Source of the DNA: Pseudomonadota bacterium | GTDB taxonomy: Bacteria; Myxococcota_A; Bradymonadia; UBA4248 | Direction of reading: 5' to 3' | DNA: 64,000 nt | Assembly: GCA_017464085.1 (NCBI GenBank) | Contig: JAFUEE010000163.1 | Location: 45 to 64,044, forward strand | Part shown: piece after piece, positions 18,965 to 27,370 of the stretch | Numbering within the stretch: position 1 is the stretch's first letter | Layout of the letters: each line of letters begins with the position of its first letter | Notes under the pieces: model-generated | The model's database searches: none | Seen by the model: only the letters and a program-made list of their open reading frames with translations | What the model was told of the DNA's origin: nothing | Translations under genes and position numbers: made by a program

Positions 18965-19513
18965 TCAGGGGGTGACCTCCACGCCATGTTCGATCACGTT
19001 TCCGTCGATTTCGATCGGTGCCGGGAGCGGGCGTGTAATGTCCGTTGGCAGTGCCTTGGGTTCGATGCGCGGCGGATAGGACTCGTGGACCTCGAGCCCG
19101 AAGCCTTCGTCTGTGATGGAGACGGTGACATCGGCGGCCGGCGCGGAGCCGCGCAGTCTGAACGTCCGGACGGCGCGCTGGCCTCTGACAGGTTTTTCGA
19201 GGTTCAGGTCTGGCGCGCCTTCGGTGAGTTCGGTGTCGCCTTTGAGATCTAGATGCATGCGCGGTGCGCTGTTGAGGTCATCGTGATAGGTAACAGTCGC
19301 AGTCAGCAGCGTGATGTCCGCTTCCTGTTTGGCGGACAGCTCAAGCGTGTATGGGAGCACGAGCGCAGGCATTTCAGCGGCTTGAGCTGCGGTCTCAGAC
19401 GGGGCAGTTGTCGGGGCGTTTGCTTCGGGCGTATCATTTTTTCCTGTGCAGCAGCTTGTGCATAGCAGGAGGGACAGCGCTGGGAGGATGACATATCTTT
19501 TCATGGTAGGCAT
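18965..19513 (-). CDS. Hypothetical lipoprotein
   Basis: Signal peptide MPTMKRYVILPALSLLLCTSCC. No recognisable domain. Abuts recF. Confidence 0.45.
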   Translation of the reverse strand: MPTMKRYVILPALSLLLCTSCCTGKNDTPEANAPTTAPSETAAQAAEMPALVLPYTLELSAKQEADITLLTATVTYHDDLNSAPRMHLDLKGDTELTEGAPDLNLEKPVRGQRAVRTFRLRGSAPAADVTVSITDEGFGLEVHESYPPRIEPKALPTDITRPLPAPIEIDGNVIEHGVEVTP

Positions 19514-19532
19514 ATCCGTGTCAATCTGTCAG

Positions 19533-20120
19533 TCATTTGGGGGCGTCTGCCCATCTGATGCGTGCGCGCGTCGCATCGGTCAGGCGCGTCCTGATTTCGT
19601 CTTCGAGGTCAGCTTCGAAGCTGAGCCGGAAGTCGACGCCGTTCGGCGTGTAAGACTCGCTTTCTTTTATCAGTTTTCTTTGCGCGATGATGCCATAAAC
19701 CGCATGCGTATCAGAAAAATCTACAGAAAACGCGAGTTCCGTGCGCATGACGCGGAGTTTTTTTTCGGCGGTCCGGAGGCATTCCGCGACAGTGTTTCCG
19801 TATGCGCGCACGAGGCCGCCCACGCCGAGCTTGATGCCTCCGAAATAGCGGACGACATGCGCGAGCACATTGTCGAATTCCTGCCCGTCTATTGCCGCGA
19901 GGATTGGCCTTCCCGCGCTGCCGCCGGGCTCCCCGTCGTCATTGAAGCGGTAAGCGCCGCCGATGCGGTAAGCCCAGCAGTTGTGCGTCGCATCTGGGCA
20001 TTCGAGGCGTTTGACGGCCTCGAGGGCGGCTTCTGGGGTGTCGACGTGGACGCATGTCGCGATGAAGCGCGATTTTTTGATCTCGACGGCAAGTTGAGGT
20101 TCTCCAAGGAGTTCGTACAT
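19533..20120 (-). CDS. yigZ: IMPACT/YigZ-family protein
   Basis: MYELLGEPQLAVEIKKSRFIA...HNCWAYRIGG...DDGEPGGSAG is the UPF0029/IMPACT signature. I placed the start at Met 20120, immediately after the upstream gene's stop; the longer ORF (to 20483) overlaps that gene. Confidence 0.8.
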   Translation of the reverse strand: MYELLGEPQLAVEIKKSRFIATCVHVDTPEAALEAVKRLECPDATHNCWAYRIGGAYRFNDDGEPGGSAGRPILAAIDGQEFDNVLAHVVRYFGGIKLGVGGLVRAYGNTVAECLRTAEKKLRVMRTELAFSVDFSDTHAVYGIIAQRKLIKESESYTPNGVDFRLSFEADLEDEIRTRLTDATRARIRWADAPK

Positions 20121-20127
20121 GAGGGCC

Positions 20128-21210
20128 TCAGTTCTGGACAGTGAATTTCCAGCACCTGTGTATGCGGTGCGCTTTGAAGTCTTCTGGGATGGAGCGTTCG
20201 GTGATATCCTGCACGTCGTATGTCCTGCCGGCAGCCTTTTCGGGGAGTCGTTCGCGGTCGAATGAGAGTTTGCGGCTGTTTGTCGAGAAGTATAGCGAGC
20301 CGCCGTCCGCGAGCAGCGCGAGGCAGCCTGAGACGAGCGAAGGCCACTGCCTGTTTGTGTCGAGCACGTCGTCAGTCTTTTTGGAATTGGAGAACGTCGG
20401 GGGATCGAGGAGGATGATGTCAAAGCCCGGTGCGTTGTGATGCGCGCGCTTTCGCGACTCGATCTGGAGGAATTCGACGACATCGAAACGCGTGCGGGGA
20501 TAACGCTTTGGATCGGTGAAGCCGTTGAGCTCGAGGTTGTGGCCAGCCCATTCGAGATAGGTGTTGGATAGGTCGACGGTTTGCACGAAGTCGGCGCCGC
20601 CCTTTGCCGCCGCGCAGCTCAGGGAGCCCGTATAGCCGAACAGGTTGAGGACGCGCTTGTGTTCGGAGATTTTGGTGAGTTGTTGCCTGAGCGGCCTGTG
20701 GTCGAGGAAAAGGCCTGTGTCGAGGTATTCGCTGAGGTTTACGCCGAATTCGAGGGTGTTTTCGCGCACGACGCCCGAGATGGCATCGCTGGTGCGCGTC
20801 CGGACGTATTGTTCAGATCCTTTCTGGCGTCTGCGTGTCCTGACGATGATGTGGTCGCTTGGGAGGCCGAGCGTCAGCGCGGCCTGTTCGCGCATGCGCG
20901 CGAGCCATGCGTCCTCTTCGAGCGGGTCTTTTTCGTAGGGGCGTTCAAAGAGCGCCATGCATGCATATTGGTCTGCGACGCTGCCGTCGTTTCCGATGAG
21001 CCCGTAGAGGTCGATGCACAGCGGGATTTCAGGGATGTCGCGGTCATAGACGCGATAGGCGGTAAGATTTTGGCGTGCGGCCCATTTTTTAAGGAAGAGG
21101 GCGCGTTTTTTGAGCCGGTTGGCGAACATGGTCGCCTGCGATTGAAGTTTGTCCATAAGATCCTTCCTGGCGTTGGACCGCATCTGGCGGCCGGAGGGGG
21201 AGACTATCAC
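20128..21210 (-). CDS. Class I SAM-dependent rRNA methyltransferase (RlmI/RlmK-like)
   Basis: LNLFGYTGSLSCAAAKGGA (motif I), DIILLDPPTFSNSK (motif IV, DPPxF), plus an N-terminal PUA-like region. Confidence 0.75.
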   Translation of the reverse strand: MIVSPSGRQMRSNARKDLMDKLQSQATMFANRLKKRALFLKKWAARQNLTAYRVYDRDIPEIPLCIDLYGLIGNDGSVADQYACMALFERPYEKDPLEEDAWLARMREQAALTLGLPSDHIIVRTRRRQKGSEQYVRTRTSDAISGVVRENTLEFGVNLSEYLDTGLFLDHRPLRQQLTKISEHKRVLNLFGYTGSLSCAAAKGGADFVQTVDLSNTYLEWAGHNLELNGFTDPKRYPRTRFDVVEFLQIESRKRAHHNAPGFDIILLDPPTFSNSKKTDDVLDTNRQWPSLVSGCLALLADGGSLYFSTNSRKLSFDRERLPEKAAGRTYDVQDITERSIPEDFKAHRIHRCWKFTVQN

Positions 21211-21248
21211 AAGATGGATGCAAATTTAAGTGGGATGACAGTTTCTTT

Positions 21249-21479
21249 GGGCGTCGCTATGGCCTGTGGCCATACGCGCCGTGTCTGGCGTCGCTATGGC
21301 CTGTGGCCATACGCGCCGCCTGTGTTTTGCGGTATCAGCAATATGGATGGTGCGGATATTCAATGGTGTGCATATTCATAGAGTTTCAGGGACGTGATGT
21401 GTGCGGCTGAGCGTATGCGCAGGGCGCATAGCGAAGCTCTGTGCGAGCGTATGCGCCCTGCGCATAGCGAGCGCTTTTT
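21249..21479. repeat. Four REP-like palindromes in the divergent intergenic region, including an exact 37-bp tandem duplication
   Basis: GGCGTCGCTATGGCC-tgt-GGCCATACGCGCC appears twice (21249-21280 and 21287-21320). GAGCGTATGCGC-agg-GCGCATAGCG (21408-21436) and GAGCGTATGCGCC-ctg-CGCATAGCGAGCGC followed by T5 (21444-21479) are in inverted orientation. Confidence 0.7.
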
Positions 21480-21738
21480 GATATGGAGGTTTTGGCGCTG
21501 CAAGACTTGTATGTGTCTTGTGCATGGCGCTGGTTCCGGAAAAGTCGTCTGTCCGAGGCTGTTCCTCGGGTGATTAAGCGCATGCTCTGAGCTGCGCGGA
21601 AGCAGTGTGGGGGGATTGGAATTTGTTGGATTGATAAGGATTGTCAATTCTGTTATGCGTTGCGGCTGATGTGGTCGCTCGGGAGACGGGGATGCAGTCA
21701 GGGCGAAAAAATGTAAATGACACTTTTTTCAACGCGAT

Positions 21739-23826
21739 GTGGACAAACAGACCGGAATTGCATTAAAACGGCATCAGGTTTCCTTTTGCGCGAACTTTGA
21801 GAACGCGAACTATGAAGAAGGAGAGAAGTCCTTGGTAAAGTTAGTTTACAGCGATCAGAGTGGTTGGGAGAAATCGGTAGAGGTCAATGAGCTCAATCCG
21901 ACGATAATGATTGGACGCAATCCGGACTGTGCGGTTCAGACCTCGAATGCTTCAGTATCGCGCGTTCATGCAATGGTGACCTGGAAGGGCGGGAAGGTTT
22001 ATGTTCAGGATCCGCCGAACAGCCATCCGACGAACGGGACGAAAGTCGATGGCATGCGTCTCCAGCCAGGCCAGGTGCTTGAGCTGATGGCAAACAGCGA
22101 GCTTTTGTGCGGCAATTTTGCGATACGCGTGGAGAGCGAGGGGCCAGGCGACCGCGTGTCACACATGGGGGATCAGGGGGCGCTTCCGCAGGGGGGCCCG
22201 ATGTATCAGCAGGGATATAATGGCTATCAGCCGCAGGGGCGTGGCGCGGCAGGCTGGATGCAGCCGGGGCAGGCGCAGCCGAATATACCGCAGCCGGGCG
22301 CGATGATACCGCCGCCGCAGCCTACTCAGATGCCGCAGCAGCAGCCGGTGATGCCGCAGCAGCAACCGGTGATGCCGCCGCAGCAGCCGGTGATGCCGCC
22401 GCAGCCGGCCCAGATGATGCCGCCGCAGCAGCAGGCGGCACAGAATCCGCCGGATTTGAACCGGAAGTCGCGGAGCAACAATGCGCGCGGCTATATGCAG
22501 GGGCGCGATCGCGGCGCGATGTCGGCGGGAGTCATTCCGCATGGCGGCGATGAGGCGCTCAGGCTTCAGGAAGAGATATCTCGACTTCAGGAAGAGAATT
22601 CCCGCCTGCAGGCCGACAATCAGCTTGCTCGCCAGGAGATTGAGGAGCTTCGCTCCAACGGGACTGGAGAGAATTCCGTGAAGGAGCTTCAGGACAAGCT
22701 GGAGGAGCGCGACCAGATATTGACGGATTATGAGCGCCGCATCGAATACCACGAGACAGTCGTGACTGGCCTCAAGGATATGATCGACAAGCTCAAGGAG
22801 CAGATCGACCACCAGAAAGACCAGTATCAGGAATGCCGCCGCGACCTTGTGGCGTCTCAGGAAGAGGCGGAGTCGCTCCGTATGGAACTGTCGACGCTCA
22901 AGGAGACGCTTGATTCGAAGGGGATGGCGACCTCGAATGCTGAGACGACGATCGCGGACTTGAAAGTCCAGCTTCAGCAGAAGAACCGTCTTCTTTCGGA
23001 TCTTCAGCGCGATCTGGATATCGCGCAGTATTCGTGCAAGGAAGAGCGCGACAATGTGGAGCACCTGAAGGAGAATGTGGACAAGCTGAATGCCGAGCTT
23101 GAGGAAAGCCAGCGTCGCAACCGCGACATGAAGAAGGTCGTGGAGCAGCATGAGATGATGTTCAATGAGCTCAAGGGCAACCTGAACGACCGTGCGCGTG
23201 AGATTCGGCAGCTTCAGGATGCGCTGAGAAAACAGGGCGGCGGAGACAACGCGGCGCTGATGCAGGAGCTTGCGCAGGTGCGCGACAGCCTGACGAAGCG
23301 CAACAGCGAGGCGGAGATGCTCCAGAAGCAGCTCGAGGAGGCGCTCAAGGCGGCATCTGGCGCGGAGGCGGCGAATGTGACGCTCAAGGCGCGCGTGTCG
23401 GAGCTTGAAAAGGATGCGGGCGGCGATGCCTCCTTGAAGGCGCGAGTCAGCGTCCTGGAACGTGAGAAAGCGGCGCTCGAAGAGAAGCTTTCCGCCGGAG
23501 CCGGTTCGGGCGGCGGCGTGGACAGCGGCCTGATGGAGCGCATCCGCGGGCTTTACAGCGACATGAATGATGTTGTGAGCCAGTGGCGCGAAGATCTGGG
23601 CATACTTGATTCCAGCCTTTCCGAGCTTCAGACAGTGTTCAAGGCGTATGTGAAGATCGACGTGTCGAAGCTTCAGGAAAAGGATCGCAAGAGGTTGGAC
23701 AAGATTGCCGATCTCGATCCTCGCCTGATTTTTGATGACATCGGGAATTCGCTCTATTCGAGCCAGAATTCATTAGCGTCGATTAAAGAGAAATTGAAAG
23801 ATTTGAGGGGTGCGCTTCAGGCATGA
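21739..23826 (+). CDS. FHA-domain protein with a Pro/Gln-rich linker and a long coiled-coil
   Basis: GTG start. FHA core 'IMIGRNPDCAVQ...VSRVHAMV...KVDGMRL'; the (QQQPVMP)n repeat is encoded by a 21-bp tandem repeat (about 22327-22395). The C-terminal roughly 400 aa has heptad-rich, SMC-like coiled-coil character. Confidence 0.75.
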   Translation: MDKQTGIALKRHQVSFCANFENANYEEGEKSLVKLVYSDQSGWEKSVEVNELNPTIMIGRNPDCAVQTSNASVSRVHAMVTWKGGKVYVQDPPNSHPTNGTKVDGMRLQPGQVLELMANSELLCGNFAIRVESEGPGDRVSHMGDQGALPQGGPMYQQGYNGYQPQGRGAAGWMQPGQAQPNIPQPGAMIPPPQPTQMPQQQPVMPQQQPVMPPQQPVMPPQPAQMMPPQQQAAQNPPDLNRKSRSNNARGYMQGRDRGAMSAGVIPHGGDEALRLQEEISRLQEENSRLQADNQLARQEIEELRSNGTGENSVKELQDKLEERDQILTDYERRIEYHETVVTGLKDMIDKLKEQIDHQKDQYQECRRDLVASQEEAESLRMELSTLKETLDSKGMATSNAETTIADLKVQLQQKNRLLSDLQRDLDIAQYSCKEERDNVEHLKENVDKLNAELEESQRRNRDMKKVVEQHEMMFNELKGNLNDRAREIRQLQDALRKQGGGDNAALMQELAQVRDSLTKRNSEAEMLQKQLEEALKAASGAEAANVTLKARVSELEKDAGGDASLKARVSVLEREKAALEEKLSAGAGSGGGVDSGLMERIRGLYSDMNDVVSQWREDLGILDSSLSELQTVFKAYVKIDVSKLQEKDRKRLDKIADLDPRLIFDDIGNSLYSSQNSLASIKEKLKDLRGALQA

Positions 23827-23925
23827 AGCCTGAGCGGCCTATGGGTTATGGGTGCGCTGTGTCGCATGAGTCATGGGTGCAGCGCGAGCCTGATTTGTGA
23901 AATATTAGACGGGAGCAGACGGATT

Positions 23926-25479
23926 ATGGAAGGAATTCGGGCGAATGTTTCTTCAGAAGAAGAAATCGAGTATTTGATTCGAGCGAGATATCCGCTTATG
24001 TATGTCACAAGTACGGAAGAGGAGCGCGTGGAGAAGAATCTGCGCATCATTTGCGAGCGCCGCAACCGTCGATTTGTGACGTGGTCCTGCACAGAAGGCT
24101 TCCAGGGCGGCGACGGAGACACGTTCAATGATATCCGTGACCCTCAGCGTGCGATGGAGCATATTTTCCGTTATGAGAACGACGCGCTGTTCTGCATGAG
24201 GGATTTTCATCCGTATCTTTCGGATCCGCAGGTCACGCGCCGTCTTCGCGATCTCAGCCGCGAATTCAAGACGAGCCGATACAAGAAGCACGTGCTCCTT
24301 CTGAGCCCGACGTTCAAGATTCCGGTCGAGCTTGAGAAAGAGATGAGCGTGATTGATTACGATCTCCCGAACAGGACGGTCATCAATGAGCTTGTCCTTC
24401 AGGTTCTCAAGAGCGTTCCCGATGAGCTTTGCCAGCAGGTCCGCAACGATCCTCTTTTCCGTGAGAAAGTCGTTGAAGCGGCGCTCGGCCTGACTGCTGT
24501 CGAGGCATCGAACGTGTTTTCCAAGTCTCTGATCATCAAGAAAGACTTTGATATCGAGACGATTGTCGATGAGAAGAAGAATCTGATCCGCAAGAACGGG
24601 TTGCTTGAGTTCTATCAGTCGGATCTGAAGCTTCGCGACATCGGCGGCCTTGAGATTCTCAAGAGCTGGCTCAAGACGCGTAACCTTGCGTTCAGCTCGA
24701 AAGCGCGCGAGTTCGGTCTGCCGCTTCCGAAGGGCATTCTTCTTCTCGGTCTTCCCGGCTGCGGCAAGTCTCTGACTGCAAAATCGGTCGGCGCGCTCTG
24801 GAAGATGCCGCTTCTCCGCCTGGATGTCGGCAAGGTCTTTTCATCGCTCGTCGGTTCGTCAGAAGAGAACATGCGCAAGGCCATTGCAACAGCAGAAGCG
24901 GTCGCGCCGTGCATTCTCTGGATGGATGAGCTTGAAAAAGGCTTCTCCGGCACGAAGTCTTCCGGCCAGACGGATGGCGGTACGGGCGCGCGTGTTTTCG
25001 GTTCGTTCATCACGTGGCTTCAGGAAAAGACGAGCCCTGTATTCGTTATCGCGACGGCAAACGACGTGTCGATGCTTCCGCCGGAACTTCTCCGTAAAGG
25101 CCGTTTTGATGAGATTTTCTTCGTCGATCTTCCGAGCCCCGCAGAGCGCAAGACAATCATCGAGATTCATATCATCAAGAAGAACCGCAAGGTTGCTGAT
25201 TTTGATATTCCTCGTATCGTTGCGGCCACACAGGGCTTTTCAGGGTCTGAAATCGAGCAGGCGATTGTATCCGCACTGTTCGATGCCTATGAGGCGAAAA
25301 AAGATATCGATACGGAAAGCGTGATCCGTTCATGCAACGAAATCATCCCGCTCTCCTATCAGATGAAGGAACGCATCGACTACATGCGTGACTGGGCGAA
25401 GAGCCGCGCTCGCCGTGCCTCTCTCGATGAAGAAGGCGCGCATGAAGAGGACAAACAGATCCGTCATCTTGAGATGTAA
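23926..25479 (+). CDS. Ycf46-like AAA+ ATPase (N-terminal roughly 280-aa domain plus one AAA module)
   Basis: Walker [12 protein letters not shown], Walker [10 protein letters not shown], sensor/arginine-finger region; ATG at 23926 after a GGGAG RBS. The architecture and the N-terminal '[13 protein letters not shown]' block resemble cyanobacterial and plastid Ycf46 (from recall). Confidence 0.8.
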   Translation: MEGIRANVSSEEEIEYLIRARYPLMYVTSTEEERVEKNLRIICERRNRRFVTWSCTEGFQGGDGDTFNDIRDPQRAMEHIFRYENDALFCMRDFHPYLSDPQVTRRLRDLSREFKTSRYKKHVLLLSPTFKIPVELEKEMSVIDYDLPNRTVINELVLQVLKSVPDELCQQVRNDPLFREKVVEAALGLTAVEASNVFSKSLIIKKDFDIETIVDEKKNLIRKNGLLEFYQSDLKLRDIGGLEILKSWLKTRNLAFSSKAREFGLPLPKGILLLGLPGCGKSLTAKSVGALWKMPLLRLDVGKVFSSLVGSSEENMRKAIATAEAVAPCILWMDELEKGFSGTKSSGQTDGGTGARVFGSFITWLQEKTSPVFVIATANDVSMLPPELLRKGRFDEIFFVDLPSPAERKTIIEIHIIKKNRKVADFDIPRIVAATQGFSGSEIEQAIVSALFDAYEAKKDIDTESVIRSCNEIIPLSYQMKERIDYMRDWAKSRARRASLDEEGAHEEDKQIRHLEM

Positions 25480-25496
25480 TTCAGAGGGAGATAATT

Positions 25497-25892
25497 ATGA
25501 GTCACTTTTCAACCGTTGAATCCAAAATGAAAGACCTCGAGTGCATTCTTGAGGCGATCAAAGATCTAGGCATGGAATGCGTGCATTCCGAAGAAGGCGT
25601 GAATGTGCGCGGATATAATCAGCAGCTGGAAAAAGCTGATATCTCGATCAAAGTCAGCGGCAAATATGATGTCGGCATTCGCCTGACAGAAAATGGCTGC
25701 GAGCTTTTGGCGGACTGGTGGGGCGTGGAAGCGACGCGTGGCGTGAACGAACAGCAGTTCACGAATCAGCTTCAGCAGCGCTATGCCTATCACAAAGTCG
25801 TGAAAGAGCTCAAAGCGAAGCACTACACGCTTGATATGAACGAAGACAAGACCACGAACGTGATCAAGCTTACGGCTACCAAATGGGGCTGA
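25497..25892 (+). CDS. DUF1257 (Ycf35-like) protein
   Basis: 131 aa; 'LECILEAIKDLGMEC ... YDVGIRLTENG ... WWGVEA' matches my recollection of the DUF1257/Ycf35 family. It starts 17 bp after the AAA ATPase. Confidence 0.7.
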   Translation: MSHFSTVESKMKDLECILEAIKDLGMECVHSEEGVNVRGYNQQLEKADISIKVSGKYDVGIRLTENGCELLADWWGVEATRGVNEQQFTNQLQQRYAYHKVVKELKAKHYTLDMNEDKTTNVIKLTATKWG

Positions 25893-25924
25893 TGCCCGAT
25901 TGAAGCATTATTGAGGAAAATCAA

Positions 25925-26140
25925 ATGGCAACAAAACAGGAAATCGAATTTACCATCAATCCCGACGGCTCTGTGGAGATTCATCCTGTGGGCTTCAAAG
26001 GCAAGAAGTGCACGGAAGTGACCAAGGAGATTGAGGAAGCTCTCGGTATCGTTAAAAACGTCAATTACACGAGCGAGTACTATCAGCAGGAAGAAGAAGT
26101 CCATACCCAGATCAAGGTCGGTGGCGACAGCGACAAGTAA
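25925..26140 (+). CDS. DUF2997 mini-protein
   Basis: 71 aa; 'EIEFTINPDGSVEIHPVGFKGKKCTEVTKEIEEALG...YTSEYYQ' is the DUF2997 signature as I recall it. The family is characteristically encoded next to DUF1257. Confidence 0.7.
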   Translation: MATKQEIEFTINPDGSVEIHPVGFKGKKCTEVTKEIEEALGIVKNVNYTSEYYQQEEEVHTQIKVGGDSDK

Positions 26141-26144
26141 AGGG

Positions 26145-26178
26145 AAGCCTTTCGGGCATGCATGCGCCTGAAAGGCTT
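26145..26178 (+). terminator. Perfect 9-bp stem hairpin after the DUF2997 gene (terminator or attenuator)
   Basis: AAGCCTTTC-gggcatgcatgcgcc-GAAAGGCTT followed by gttattct. The T-tract is weak, so it may be an RNA processing or attenuation hairpin and not a strong terminator. Confidence 0.4.
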
Positions 26179-26197
26179 GTTATTCTGGAATAAGATC

Positions 26198-26962
26198 ATG
26201 ACGGAAGAAATTGCGGAAATGCTGGATCAGTCTTGTTTGGATCTGTCTATCGTTCAGATAGATCTCGGACCGGAGAAGTTTGTTCCGCATCAGAGACCGT
26301 CGAGCGGGTTTTGGCGTGCGTCTTATGCAGATGGCGATATGGCTGTCGGCGTGCGCCATTTGGTCGATATTCATATCGACAAGCCGATATCTCGCGATAT
26401 GAGCGGGTTTTGTGACCGGATTTTCGAGCTTCACAAGATGGATCTCGAATCTATTGCAGAGCCCGAAAATATCGAGCGCCCGAACGAAGTCGATGATCAG
26501 GTCGTCGAATGTACGCCTCAGTTTATATTGAGAAACATTCCGAAAATTGAACGATATTATGATCTTGACCGCGTTCTGCCGTTTGAAGTGACCGATATGC
26601 CTAAAATGGAGGCGGATGACCTCCTGGCAGATGCCAAGAAAGTGCATCTCGGGGATATTGAATTCATTGAGGTCGAAAGCGTCAACTTTATCAATGACTT
26701 CAGATCGTTCCTCGAAGAGATATTTTATTTGTGTCCGTGGGATCAGATCACACGTCAGGAACCGGATGAAGACAGCCCGTGGCATATCAAGAATTCAACT
26801 ACGAAGCTTGCCCAGGATTTGCTCTCGCGCAAGAATACCCTCTTTATCTTCAGTGCCAAGGGTATGACGCAGATGGGCATGAAAGCTTACAAGCCACGCG
26901 AGGAAAAGAATGAGCCTACCGAAGCGCGGCCGGATTTTGTGCGAAGCTACGGGCCGGGTTGA
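26198..26962 (+). CDS. Hypothetical protein
   Basis: ORF 26162-26962. I preferred ATG 26198 because the first 36 nt lie inside the upstream hairpin. No recognisable domain. Confidence 0.4.
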   Translation: MTEEIAEMLDQSCLDLSIVQIDLGPEKFVPHQRPSSGFWRASYADGDMAVGVRHLVDIHIDKPISRDMSGFCDRIFELHKMDLESIAEPENIERPNEVDDQVVECTPQFILRNIPKIERYYDLDRVLPFEVTDMPKMEADDLLADAKKVHLGDIEFIEVESVNFINDFRSFLEEIFYLCPWDQITRQEPDEDSPWHIKNSTTKLAQDLLSRKNTLFIFSAKGMTQMGMKAYKPREEKNEPTEARPDFVRSYGPG

Positions 26963-27031
26963 TGCTAAAAGTGCTCAGAGCTTGCTCTTTGTTGCTCGGA
27001 TGTTTGTCCGGCATGTGGGCTTTTTTGAATT

Positions 27032-27370
27032 GTGAACAGGGGATATAGGTGTACTGTTCATGGGGATGTTATTTTTAACGTGATGAATATTGACGGGCTT
27101 GTCGTTGCATTTGCTTCATTCTTTATTATTGGCCTGTTTCATCCGATTGTGATTAAGGCTGAATATCATTTTGGAACAAGATGCTGGCCGGTATTCTGTC
27201 TGGCTGGAATCTGTTCGATCGCGGTGTCGGTTTTTGTGACATCTACTTTTTTGTCTTCTGTGTTCGGCGTGCTCGGATGCACGTGTTTCTGGAGCATCCT
27301 TGAGCTGTTCCACCAGAAAAAAAGAGTGGAGAAAGGCTGGTTTCCTAAAAATCCGAATCGGAAATATTAA
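27032..27370 (+). CDS. Hypothetical small membrane protein
   Basis: Two or three predicted TM helices (LVVAFASFFIIGLF..., ICSIAVSVFVTSTFLSSVFGVLG). The start is uncertain, and the 3' end converges on and overlaps the TPR gene. Confidence 0.3.
   Translation: MNRGYRCTVHGDVIFNVMNIDGLVVAFASFFIIGLFHPIVIKAEYHFGTRCWPVFCLAGICSIAVSVFVTSTFLSSVFGVLGCTCFWSILELFHQKKRVEKGWFPKNPNRKY

Noticed and set aside
19533-20483. Long 316-aa form of the yigZ ORF; likewise the long forms of the M16 (to 34142), recF (to 18987), rqcH-like (to 56986) and pta (to 63731) ORFs
   Set aside because: The N-terminal extensions are low-complexity, overlap the upstream gene or a REP element, and an internal Met with an RBS gives the canonical protein length.
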